Shown one piece after another: positions 6,954 through 14,163 of a DNA stretch of 16,231 nucleotides. The translations under genes were made by a program, and so were the position numbers. This DNA is from an uncultured candidatus Brocadiaceae bacterium (GTDB lineage Bacteria > Planctomycetota > Brocadiia > Brocadiales > Brocadiaceae). The stretch is taken from contig CAYJPZ010000087.1 of assembly GCA_964372185.1 (NCBI GenBank), positions 1-16,231 on the forward strand. Reading direction: 5' to 3'. Below the pieces are notes generated by a model, which searched no databases, was not told where the DNA came from, and worked only from the letters and a program-made list of their open reading frames with translations. Position 1 is the stretch's first letter. Each line of letters opens with the position of its first letter.

Positions 6954-7011
6954 GGCCTTTCGGCGCCTTTTTTATATTCACACGTAGGGACACGGCGCGC
7001 CGTGTCCCTAC
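6954..7011 (-). terminator. hairpin pair downstream of the M20 gene (perfect 28-nt palindrome plus small GC hairpin with U-rich tail)
   Basis: 6984-7011 is GTAGGGACACGGCGCGCCGTGTCCCTAC, a perfect 14+14 palindrome. On the minus strand, 6954-6969 reads AGGCGCCGAAAGGCCT followed by GATTTATTA. On the plus strand the same small hairpin is followed by TTTTTT. Confidence 0.4.
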
Positions 7012-7050
7012 TTTGAATTTCCTATACGTTTAAATTACCTCTAACCTGCA

Positions 7051-8232
7051 CTATGGACTGCACGCAATGTAAGCAAATAAAGCCGGTCCGTTGCACAGGA
7101 TATCCTCATCAAGAAGAAACCGCGGACTGTGCAAAGGATGCTGGGTGCCTTTCTCCAGGCATCCGGAACCTAAAAATATATATGCCCCCTTTATTTTTTC
7201 AAGGTAGTAGGAGAAGTCCTCCCCGCCCATTTTGGGATCGATCTTTTCAACTGCATTGCCGCCAAAAAGCTCAACAATTTTGTCCTGAATAAACTGCAAC
7301 TGAGGCTGAGGATTATTAAGGGGTGGATGACCCCTAAGATATTCAAATTGGTACGACGCATTATTGAGGGAGGTGATTCCTTTGATCGTGTCTTCAAGCA
7401 GGAGCGGCATCCGGTGGCGTAATTCCTTAGAAAGCGTCCTTACCGTACCCGTTATTTTTACCGTGTCGGGGATTACGTTAAAGGTTGTCCCCCCTGCAAT
7501 CTGGCATAACGACACGACGCAAGGAGATAAAGGGTTTATCCGCCGCGAGACGATGGTCTGTATCGCCAATATTACCTCAGCGGCAATAACGATGGGATCA
7601 ACACACAGATGTGGGGTGGAGGCATGGCCTCCTTTTCCTGTAATAGTAATAATGATGCGGTCCGTTGCCGCCATGGTTGGTCCGTGCCGCAATCCAAAAA
7701 CGCCTGATGCGATGCAGGGATCGATATGCATGCCGTAGATCTCGTCAACACCGCTCAAAACCCCTTCGTCAACCATCATTTTGGCGCCACCGGGGTGTTG
7801 TTCCTCACAGGGTTGGAAGATGAATTTCACCTGCCGTTTGAGCCTGCCTTGCATCATGGTCATGAGCTTTGCCGCGCCCAGCAGCATTGCCATGTTGGCG
7901 TCGTGGCCGCAGGCATGTGAAACACCCTCGTTCTGCGATTTAAACTCCAGGCAGTTTTCTTCCGTTATGGGCAATGCGTCCATGTCCGCCCGAAAGGCAA
8001 CCGTCTTTTTGGCGTTTGGAATGGGAAGCGCGCCGACGATGCCGGTTTTAGCGATATTTGTTTGCGCGCTAATGCCCATCCGTTGTAACTCTTCAGCAAT
8101 AACGCCCGACGTGCGGGTTTCAAGAAAACCCGTTTCCGGGTATTTGTGGAATTCTCTCCTCATTTGGACGACGTAATCATGGACGTCTTTGGCGCGAGCG
8201 AGTATTTCCTGAGCAAGTTCTTGATTCTGCAT
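7051..8232 (-). CDS. M20D family amidohydrolase (N-acyl-L-amino acid amidohydrolase / hippurate hydrolase-like)
   Basis: 393 aa with ...FHKYPETGFLETRTS...VAFRADMDALPI...SHACGHDANMAMLLGAAK...FIFQPCEEQHPGGAKMMV...ITGKGGHASTPH... These are the typical metal ligands and order of the M20D/AmhX/YxeP family. The SD is AGAGGAA. Confidence 0.9.
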   Translation of the reverse strand: MQNQELAQEILARAKDVHDYVVQMRREFHKYPETGFLETRTSGVIAEELQRMGISAQTNIAKTGIVGALPIPNAKKTVAFRADMDALPITEENCLEFKSQNEGVSHACGHDANMAMLLGAAKLMTMMQGRLKRQVKFIFQPCEEQHPGGAKMMVDEGVLSGVDEIYGMHIDPCIASGVFGLRHGPTMAATDRIIITITGKGGHASTPHLCVDPIVIAAEVILAIQTIVSRRINPLSPCVVSLCQIAGGTTFNVIPDTVKITGTVRTLSKELRHRMPLLLEDTIKGITSLNNASYQFEYLRGHPPLNNPQPQLQFIQDKIVELFGGNAVEKIDPKMGGEDFSYYLEKIKGAYIFLGSGCLEKGTQHPLHSPRFLLDEDILCNGPALFAYIACSP

Positions 8233-8333
8233 GAATAATTCCTCTTTTTAAAAGTGCGCCTATAAAGCGTACTGGCGCTACGAACGGATGTCAAGATTGT
8301 TTCGAAGGTGATGCGCAAAACCTTTTAAAATTC

Positions 8334-8362
8334 TTGACAAGGGCATAACGGCATTATTTTAT
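8334..8362 (+). promoter_or_regulatory. candidate sigma-70-type promoter facing the GGDEF locus
   Basis: TTGACA (8334-8339), 17 nt, then TTTTAT (8357-8362). A divergent TTGACA sits on the minus strand at 8289-8294 and probably serves the M20 gene. Confidence 0.3.
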
Positions 8363-8649
8363 CAAACACGGGGTCAGATTACAAACCTGATAATCATATA
8401 GAAGTCCCCTTCAGGCGCGCCCACCATAGTGAAATGGATGACACCTTGAAAGATGGTTGGTAAATTATAACAAAGTAAGACTGAGGCGAGCAATGGGATA
8501 TTTTGTAGGAGTAGATTTACATGGTGACGATGATTATGGTTCATCTCCCTATCGAGTGGGTAAAAAAGAGAGAAAAAAGTCTTAGTAATAAAGTTCACCC
8601 GACAGGGGGAAAAACCGTACAGATAAAAAACTGGTTGAGGGATTGAGGA

Positions 8650-8910
8650 ATGGAGATAAACAAACGTTCCTCACAAGCACCCCGGTCAGTTTTGTTTTTG
8701 GGCTTCACTGATTACGTTCAGCCCAACCAACCCGGCTCTATTACAATTGTAAGTCAATAAGTCTTTTTAAGAGTATATCTTCAATGTTTTGACGTGAATC
8801 CAATATTGATAAAACGTATACGCTTTTCCCCCATATTCTGTAAGATTACTCTCCATGGAGATATTATCAATTTACCCTTTTACTTTTAACTAAATTAATA
8901 CTGCTCTGTT
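8650..8910 (+). pseudogene. decayed receiver (REC) domain portion of an ancestral REC-GGDEF gene
   Basis: An ATG at 8650 has an upstream SD (GAGGG, 8 nt) and is in the same reading frame as the GGDEF ORF at 8911. That frame is broken by three TAA codons (8758, 8887, 8896). The frame still shows faint REC-like strings (SVLFLGFTD; ITLHGDIINLP) and then runs into the clear REC C-terminus ..DKIVRLELGADEYIPKPFEPLEVLARV. An intact 8650-9636 gene would encode ~328 aa, a normal REC-GGDEF size. Confidence 0.45.
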
Positions 8911-9636
8911 TTGTGGATACTTCAAGACCTTATCATCACTCGTTACCTCAAAAGAAAGACCCATTACTGCATCGGGTTAAATGACAAGATTGTCAGATTG
9001 GAATTAGGGGCTGATGAATACATACCAAAGCCCTTTGAGCCCCTGGAAGTGCTGGCGCGCGTAAAAACAGGCGAGCGTATTATAAAATTACAAAACACGC
9101 TTGAGAACAGCGCAAGATATTATGAAACGCTTGCGTTTACTGACGAGCTGACAAAACTTTATAACCGCAGGTTTTTCAATGAAGTTTTAAGGAAAGAATT
9201 TGCAATGGCAAAGAGGTATCAGCGCCCCCTTTCAATAATCCTGCTTGATATAGATCGTTTTAAACTATTTAATGATAAATACGGACATCCCACAGGAGAC
9301 GTTGTTTTACAAACAGTTGCCGCCGTTTTAAAAAAAACTGTAAGGGAGAGCGATATTGCAGCCAGGTACGGAGGCGAAGAGTTTTCTATCTTATTGATAA
9401 ATACACAAAAAGACCCTTCCGTTGAAATGGCGGAAAGGGTTAGAATAGCGGTAGAAGACACAAAAGCAGACACCGATCACGGCAGGCTTTCAGTTACCAT
9501 TAGCCTGGGGATAGGCATAAGGGAAAATACCGCAGCGGACGTGAATTCTCCTGATGAACTATTTGATCAGGCAGACGCGGCGCTCCTTATGGCAAAGCAA
9601 ACAGGCAGAAACAAGGTCTGCTGCAACACTCCATAG
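8911..9636 (+). CDS. GGDEF-domain diguanylate cyclase (retains only the last ~35 aa of a receiver domain)
   Basis: 241-aa ORF opening with TTG. It has a coiled-coil linker, then FTDELTKLYNRRFF...ILLDIDRFKLFNDKYGHPTGDVVL...RESDIAARYGGEEFSILL. The GGEEF active site (nt 9370-9384) is intact. An RxxD I-site (RESD) sits 5 residues upstream of it. Confidence 0.8.
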   Translation: MWILQDLIITRYLKRKTHYCIGLNDKIVRLELGADEYIPKPFEPLEVLARVKTGERIIKLQNTLENSARYYETLAFTDELTKLYNRRFFNEVLRKEFAMAKRYQRPLSIILLDIDRFKLFNDKYGHPTGDVVLQTVAAVLKKTVRESDIAARYGGEEFSILLINTQKDPSVEMAERVRIAVEDTKADTDHGRLSVTISLGIGIRENTAADVNSPDELFDQADAALLMAKQTGRNKVCCNTP

Positions 9637-9675
9637 ACTAAAAACTGGTAATTCTACAAAACCGATAAACCCTTG

Positions 9676-10260
9676 CTACTGCAACCGGGGGTCAAAAGGC
9701 CCAAGCGCCTTGCCTGCAACCCGAAACTCCTCTTCCAGCAGCCATTTTTTTATAGCCAACCCCGATGCGTAACCGGTCAACCGTCCGTCCGCACCAATAA
9801 CCCTGTGGCAAGGAATTATGGGGGGGAGGGGATTGTTGTGATTGGCGGAACCTACGGCCCTGGATGCCCCGGGACTCCCGATCTGCTCCGCCACCCATTG
9901 GTAAGACCGGCATTCTCCGTAGGGAATCTCCTGCAGTTTCTTCCATACCTTCGTCTGAAACGGGGTTCCACTGCTTATATCCAGGGAGAAATCGAAGGTT
10001 ACTTGTTTACCGGAGAAGTATGTCCTTAGAGCGGCAATTTCATACTGTAGGGATACGTCGTTTCTTTCGATGGGTGTTGCGGCTTTTTTGAAAAAGGCGT
10101 GCAGGAAACCGTTTTCCGTGTCGTGGGGAAAAGAAATCCGACAAACCCCGCGCGCATTTTTTGCTACGAAGACCAGCCCTACAGGGGTGGAAAGACTGCT
10201 GAAGTAAATCACACCGGAATTACTTTCTTGCACTTTTGTTTGCAGCACCCTTATTTCCAT
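9676..10260 (-). CDS. ogt: methylated-DNA--protein-cysteine methyltransferase (Ogt/MGMT)
   Basis: The C-terminal domain reads TPFQTKVWKKLQEIPYGECRSYQWVAEQIGSPGASRAVGSANHNNPLPPIIPCHRVIGADGRLTGY, with the PCHRV active site. I place the start at the internal ATG at 10260 (MEIRVLQ...). The track ORF extends to 10347 but that part overlaps the upstream gene. Confidence 0.8.
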   Translation of the reverse strand: MEIRVLQTKVQESNSGVIYFSSLSTPVGLVFVAKNARGVCRISFPHDTENGFLHAFFKKAATPIERNDVSLQYEIAALRTYFSGKQVTFDFSLDISSGTPFQTKVWKKLQEIPYGECRSYQWVAEQIGSPGASRAVGSANHNNPLPPIIPCHRVIGADGRLTGYASGLAIKKWLLEEEFRVAGKALGPFDPRLQ

Positions 10261-11050
10261 CGCCGTCGCCCTTGCCCTTTGAGCCTTTACCCGCGCCGGA
10301 ACCTTTACGTCCAATAGTGCTGCGATATCCCGCAACAATCCCCACAAGAACTAGGGTTGAAGAAAACAAAAAGACCAGAGCGCAGAGGGACAGGACGGTT
10401 ATTGCCCATAAATCATGGATGCAAAAACGCCACCACGAATATTTCAACAGGCGCACGCCGAATCTTTCCAGACAGAAAAAGGTTAGCGCCAGGACAAAAA
10501 ATCCAAGTAGTAAATACTTAATATCCTCTTTTTTGGGCGCCATAGAAAAAGAAAAAACAAGGACGGTCAACAAAAAGAAGATATGGCATATATTGGTGAT
10601 ATGAAACTGCCGATGGAAGGTGTAGAACGTTGTCACAACGGCAATATAGAGATACTTTATGATATTGAATAACCCATAAAGTGAAAAGTGAAACTCGTAA
10701 TTAATAGATTGCGTGAAGCGGATGGGGTTACCAAGTATTGTTGATATAAAAAAGATAAAAAAGGCGCATCCGAAAATGGGGGCAACGGCGACCAGGAAGT
10801 CAAACACCACCGGAATCTTCGGCTTGTCATACTTAATTTCCGAATCATTGAGCGCAAATAAGTTCAATTCTTTAATGGTTGTTCCCGTTATGAGGCATAC
10901 GAGCGCGTGGCTAAGGTCGTGAACGATGCTGCCCGGCAAAAGGAACACCTTGATTATTTTTGCATCGGTGTATTTTCCCCATAATCCGGAAGTCGCAGAG
11001 CTGAGGATGGCAACCAGGATAAGACCAAGACCAAGTAGTAAGTATATCAT
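10220..11050 (-). CDS. polytopic integral membrane protein with Gly/Lys-rich C-terminal tail, function unknown
   Basis: 276 aa with about 7-8 hydrophobic segments. It carries an HDLSH (HxxxH-like) string in LPGSIVHDLSHALVCLITG. The tail is GRKGSGAGKGSKGKGDGDGNKGAANKSARK. I do not recognise a confident family. Confidence 0.55.
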   Translation of the reverse strand: MIYLLLGLGLILVAILSSATSGLWGKYTDAKIIKVFLLPGSIVHDLSHALVCLITGTTIKELNLFALNDSEIKYDKPKIPVVFDFLVAVAPIFGCAFFIFFISTILGNPIRFTQSINYEFHFSLYGLFNIIKYLYIAVVTTFYTFHRQFHITNICHIFFLLTVLVFSFSMAPKKEDIKYLLLGFFVLALTFFCLERFGVRLLKYSWWRFCIHDLWAITVLSLCALVFLFSSTLVLVGIVAGYRSTIGRKGSGAGKGSKGKGDGDGNKGAANKSARK

Positions 11051-11230
11051 AATCTAATAGAAAAAAACTCCGTAATGATTGAAACACAATAACCCGAAAT
11101 TTGCGAAACCGGTTTTTATCGGTTCGAGGCTTCACTTCACTAATCATGGACAGTATATTCAGAGAGTATAGATTAGCAAAGCGTCAGGCGGTATGTCAAA
11201 CAGAAAGTGTTAGGAAAGCAAATATTTGTT

Positions 11231-11258
11231 TTGCAATTTGGCGTGAGAAATATATAAT
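11231..11258 (+). promoter_or_regulatory. candidate sigma-70 promoter for tRNA-Ala (and possibly acpS cluster)
   Basis: TTGCAA (11231-11236), 16 nt, then TATAAT (11253-11258). It lies ~65 nt upstream of the tRNA 5' end. Confidence 0.5.
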
Positions 11259-11323
11259 TTATACGTTGTAGGAACTTTCTGCCGAATAGCAACTACTTAT
11301 TAGCTCATAAAGAATACTTGAGT

Positions 11324-11399
11324 GGGGACGTAGCTCAGCCGGGAGAGCGTCTCGTTCGCAATGAGAAGGTCAGGGGTTCGATTCCCCTCGTCTCCACCA
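11324..11399 (+). tRNA. tRNA-Ala (anticodon CGC), CCA encoded
   Basis: Hand-folded cloverleaf. The acceptor stem GGGGACG/CGTCTCC carries the G3:U70 alanine identity pair. The D stem is GCTC/GAGC. The anticodon stem is TCTCG/TGAGA with loop TTCGCAA (anticodon CGC). The variable loop is AGGTC. The T arm is AGGGG-TTCGATT-CCCCT. It ends with discriminator A and CCA. Confidence 0.95.
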
Positions 11400-11510
11400 T
11401 TTATGTTTTCATGGGTCAAGGCCTTGTTAAGCTTCAAAGCCTTTCCTCAGACTTTATGAAGACATATTCAACGGTAACCAAGCCTATTCAAAACCAAGAC
11501 CATTTGCTTT

Positions 11511-11888
11511 ATGTATGTTGGCATTGATATTATTGAGATAAAACGCATAGAAAGATTGTTTTCTGCAAATGAAGGTTTTTTAAAGAAAATCTACACGGAA
11601 AATGAGGTCGCCTACTGCAACGGAAGAAAAAATAAATACCAGCACTTTGCCGCCCGCTTTGCCGCAAAAGAGGCCATGTTCAAGGCGCTGGGAACGGGTT
11701 GGAGGGGTACCATGAAGTGGACGGACATCGAGACGCTCAATGACGAAACGGGCAGGCCATATCTCAATTTGTACGGAAGCGTAAAAGAACTGGCGGACAA
11801 GAAAAAGATCCATTCTATCGCCGTGTCACTATCACACTGCCAGGATTATGCTATAGCAGAGGTGCTTTTGGTGGTAGGAATGGCGTAG
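11511..11888 (+). CDS. acpS: holo-[acyl-carrier-protein] synthase (4'-phosphopantetheinyl transferase, AcpS type)
   Basis: 125 aa: MYVGIDIIEIKRIERL...YCNGRKNKYQHFAARFAAKEAMFKALGTG...WTDIE...GRPYLNLYG...IHSIAVSLSHCQDYAIAEVLL. This is the canonical AcpS pattern and size. Confidence 0.9.
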   Translation: MYVGIDIIEIKRIERLFSANEGFLKKIYTENEVAYCNGRKNKYQHFAARFAAKEAMFKALGTGWRGTMKWTDIETLNDETGRPYLNLYGSVKELADKKKIHSIAVSLSHCQDYAIAEVLLVVGMA

Positions 11889-11973
11889 CCTCCGTTAAAC
11901 GCCAATTGGTCGCGTAACAACTGGCAGAGTACGATTGACATACTAATCGGAGTAAAATAGGGGGATTTGTGTA

Positions 11974-12205
11974 ATGGCACACACGGTAATTTTTGATACG
12001 CTGGCATATGCAAAAGAAACATAAGGAAGCCGGAGTTCCTGATGCGCAGGCAGAAGTGCATGCAGAGGCTATTGCAGAATTAATTGATGAACGTTTAGCA
12101 ACAAAACAGGCTTTGAAAGAACTGGAATTACGCCTGACCATTCGCCTGGGGGCTATGATGGCCGCCAGTATTGCAATTATAGCCGCGTTGGTTAAGTTGC
12201 TGTAG
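11974..12205 (+). pseudogene. DUF1640-like small tail-anchored coiled-coil protein, interrupted by a 1-nt frameshift
   Basis: The ATG at 11974 has a strong SD (GGGGGA, 8 nt) and gives MAHTVIFDTLAYAKET*, stopping at 12022. The rest of the family-typical sequence (KKHKEAGVPDAQAEVHAEAIAELIDERLATKQALKELELRLTIRLGAMMAASIAIIAALVKLL) is in the +1 frame (track ORF 11993-12205, TTG-opened). The switch falls in CAAAAGAAA (12011-12019). Confidence 0.6.
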
Positions 12206-12229
12206 AAGGAATGCAAGAGAGGAATATTC

Positions 12230-13711
12230 ATGAAAAAACTGGTGTTGATTAATCCTCACCCAATCGGAAACGTAGGGGAGGAAAACGTATCCGTATTAAA
12301 CCAAATGCCGGTAAACCTCGGCTATCTCAAGGTGTTAACCCCAAAAAACTGGGACGTCGATATCATTGATGAAACCCAGGAACACGCCGTAGATGAAGTT
12401 ACCGGCGACATTACCTTTGGCGGGGCTGACCTGGTGGGCGTCACCGCCGTCAGTTACCAGGCACAGCGGGCGTATCAGATTGCGGCTGCGTGCAGGAAGC
12501 GGGGCATACCCGTCATTATGGGTGGTATCCATGCCACCAGCTATCCGGAAGAGGCTGCAAAACACGTTGACTGCGTGGTAACCAGGGAGGCCGTTACTAC
12601 CTGGGAAAAGATTATCCGTGATTTTGAGAAGGGACAGCTCCAAAGGCGGTACGACGGTGTGCTGACACCCATGGAGCTTTATCACGGACTGCGCCCCGAC
12701 AGAAAATTTCTGCAAGACAAATACAAGTACCGCTATTCAGGGATTATTACCACTGCCGGATGTCCGTTTAGCTGTGAGTTTTGCTCCGTCCCCCAATTCC
12801 AGGGAAAGAAATACCGGGAAAGGCCGATAGAGGACGTGCTGGATGAATTTGAGTCCATCAAGGGGCAATTCCGCGGCCTGATCCTGACGGATGAAAACTT
12901 CTACGGCCACAGCAAGAAGTCGAACGAGCGGGTACTGGAGCTTTTCAAAGGGATGGTGGATAGGGGTATTTACCAAAACTGGTTTGGTTTTACCTCGCTC
13001 AATATCTATAAAGACGACGAGACCCTTGAGTATATGAAGAAGAGCGGATGCGTCGGAGTGCTTATCGGGATCGAATCCATCAACGAGGAAGCCCTGAAGA
13101 CGATGAACAAGAACGTAAACCTGCGCATATCCATAGAAAACTACTTCGAGGCCATTGCCAACATCCGCAAGCACGGCCTGGCAGTATGGGGAACGATGGT
13201 CTTCGGGAACGACGCCGACACCCCGGACACCTTTAAACAGGTCGCCGATTTTGTCCTTGATTCCCACGTAGATATTATGACCTGCGGCATCCTGTGCCCA
13301 TTCATTAATACGCCGCTGTATCACCGTTTGAACAACGATGGCAGGCTTTTCAGGACGAATTTCCCGGCGGATTGGAAGTATTATACGTCACACCACCTCA
13401 CCTATATCCTCAAAAACATGTCTCTCCAGGAACTTATCGACGGCTTCCAGTATCTGTACGACAAGATTTACGACACCGGCGTGCTGCGGAAGAGGTTTCA
13501 AAATGCCAAAGAGGTACTTGCGGACAACATGAATGCCGCCATGTTCGCGTTCCGGGTAAACCTGGACTGGCAAAGCGTCTACCAGCACTTGATACAGAAT
13601 TTGAAAGACTTACAGACAACGGGGTTTTATGAAGAGATGCTGAAAAGACATAACCAGGCAAAGAAACAGGGGAAGATATCGGAATTAGCATCGGTTGGGA
13701 TTACGCCGTAG
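12230..13711 (+). CDS. B12-binding domain-containing radical SAM protein (class B rSAM)
   Basis: 493 aa with SD GAGGA. The N-terminal region is cobalamin-binding-like (GADLVGVTAVSYQAQRAYQIAAACRKRGIPVIMGGIHAT). The motif TTAGCPFSCEFCSV is CxxxCxxC at residues 178/182/185 (nt 12761-12784). A TIM-barrel region follows (LILTDENF...VGVLIGIESINEE...WGTMVFG), then a long C-terminal helical extension. Confidence 0.9.
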   Translation: MKKLVLINPHPIGNVGEENVSVLNQMPVNLGYLKVLTPKNWDVDIIDETQEHAVDEVTGDITFGGADLVGVTAVSYQAQRAYQIAAACRKRGIPVIMGGIHATSYPEEAAKHVDCVVTREAVTTWEKIIRDFEKGQLQRRYDGVLTPMELYHGLRPDRKFLQDKYKYRYSGIITTAGCPFSCEFCSVPQFQGKKYRERPIEDVLDEFESIKGQFRGLILTDENFYGHSKKSNERVLELFKGMVDRGIYQNWFGFTSLNIYKDDETLEYMKKSGCVGVLIGIESINEEALKTMNKNVNLRISIENYFEAIANIRKHGLAVWGTMVFGNDADTPDTFKQVADFVLDSHVDIMTCGILCPFINTPLYHRLNNDGRLFRTNFPADWKYYTSHHLTYILKNMSLQELIDGFQYLYDKIYDTGVLRKRFQNAKEVLADNMNAAMFAFRVNLDWQSVYQHLIQNLKDLQTTGFYEEMLKRHNQAKKQGKISELASVGITP

Positions 13712-13828
13712 GATAGCATACCGTTTCAGACCATTAATAATACGTTCGAGAATATTAATTTAGGATTCATGTTACAAACGTAAATCCACCGTAGGTGGTA
13801 ACAATCAAATCCTTAGGGGAGCATTATC

Positions 13829-14128
13829 ATGGCAGTGATAACGGTACCCAGGGTGCTGCGGGAAAAACGAGGGGAAGACGGCGCTGATTCTTTGGTAGAA
13901 TTAATGAACAAAACAGACGTCGTGGTAAAAGAGGACGTGCTGGTATTTGTAGAGGAAAAGTTTGAAAGGCGACGGGCTGAAGAATTAGCAAAAGTTAACG
14001 AAGTAATTGCCCAAACGAATGTAAAAATTGCTGAAACAAAATCAGAAATAGTTTGCTGGATGTTTATATTTTGGGCAGGCCAAATAGGGGTGATGATCGG
14101 TATCTTATTCGCCTTTTTTAGAAAATAA
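13829..14128 (+). CDS. small coiled-coil protein with C-terminal transmembrane anchor, function unknown
   Basis: 99 aa with a good SD (GGGGAG, 7 nt). It reads VPRVLREKRGEDGADSLVELMNK...FERRRAEELAKVNEVIAQTNVKIAETKSEIVCWMFIFWAGQIGVMIGILFAFFRK. The charged helical region followed by a WMFIFW..Q hydrophobic tail resembles a widespread family of small tail-anchored proteins. Confidence 0.65.
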   Translation: MAVITVPRVLREKRGEDGADSLVELMNKTDVVVKEDVLVFVEEKFERRRAEELAKVNEVIAQTNVKIAETKSEIVCWMFIFWAGQIGVMIGILFAFFRK

Positions 14129-14163
14129 GTTATTATTGGAGGTTGTTCAAAGAACATACGGCT

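Noticed and set aside
8492-8581. 29-codon ORF MGYFVGVDLHGDDDYG... resembling the N-terminus of IS110-type transposases (..VGIDLHK..)
   Set aside because: The similarity rests on about 6 residues and is equally compatible with other families. No further transposase sequence follows.
8374-8598. 74-aa minus-strand ORF in the M20/GGDEF intergenic region
   Set aside because: It has a GTG start without an SD, a His/Asn-rich low-complexity translation and no recognisable family. It is probably a chance ORF in AT-rich DNA.
8636-8656. Cluster GAGGGATTGAGGAATGGAGA (three GGA in 20 nt) as a CsrB/RsmZ-like CsrA-sponge sRNA
   Set aside because: There are only three motifs and no repeated hairpin units. 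The cluster coincides with the SD and ATG of the ancestral REC-GGDEF start. FliW-type CsrA systems typically lack such sRNAs.
10220-10347. Extended 223-aa version of ogt overlapping the upstream membrane protein gene by 128 nt
   Set aside because: The N-terminal 29 aa have no MGMT similarity and overlap the Gly/Lys tail coding region. The internal ATG at 10260 gives a normal-sized Ogt, although a 41-nt overlap remains.
11116-11123. ACCGATAA (minus strand) upstream of the membrane protein gene as a sigma-28 -10 element
   Set aside because: No TAAA-like -35 occurs at 14-16 nt spacing. A 7/8 match is expected by chance.
11318-11527. 69-aa plus-strand ORF in the track
   Set aside because: It is made up of the tRNA-Ala gene and its downstream spacer. 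The cloverleaf explains the sequence, and the ORF has no SD.
12335-13691. Antisense and alternative-frame ORFs within the radical SAM gene (e.g. 12737-13324, 195 aa)
   Set aside because: They are shadow ORFs of a well-supported CDS and contain no motifs.
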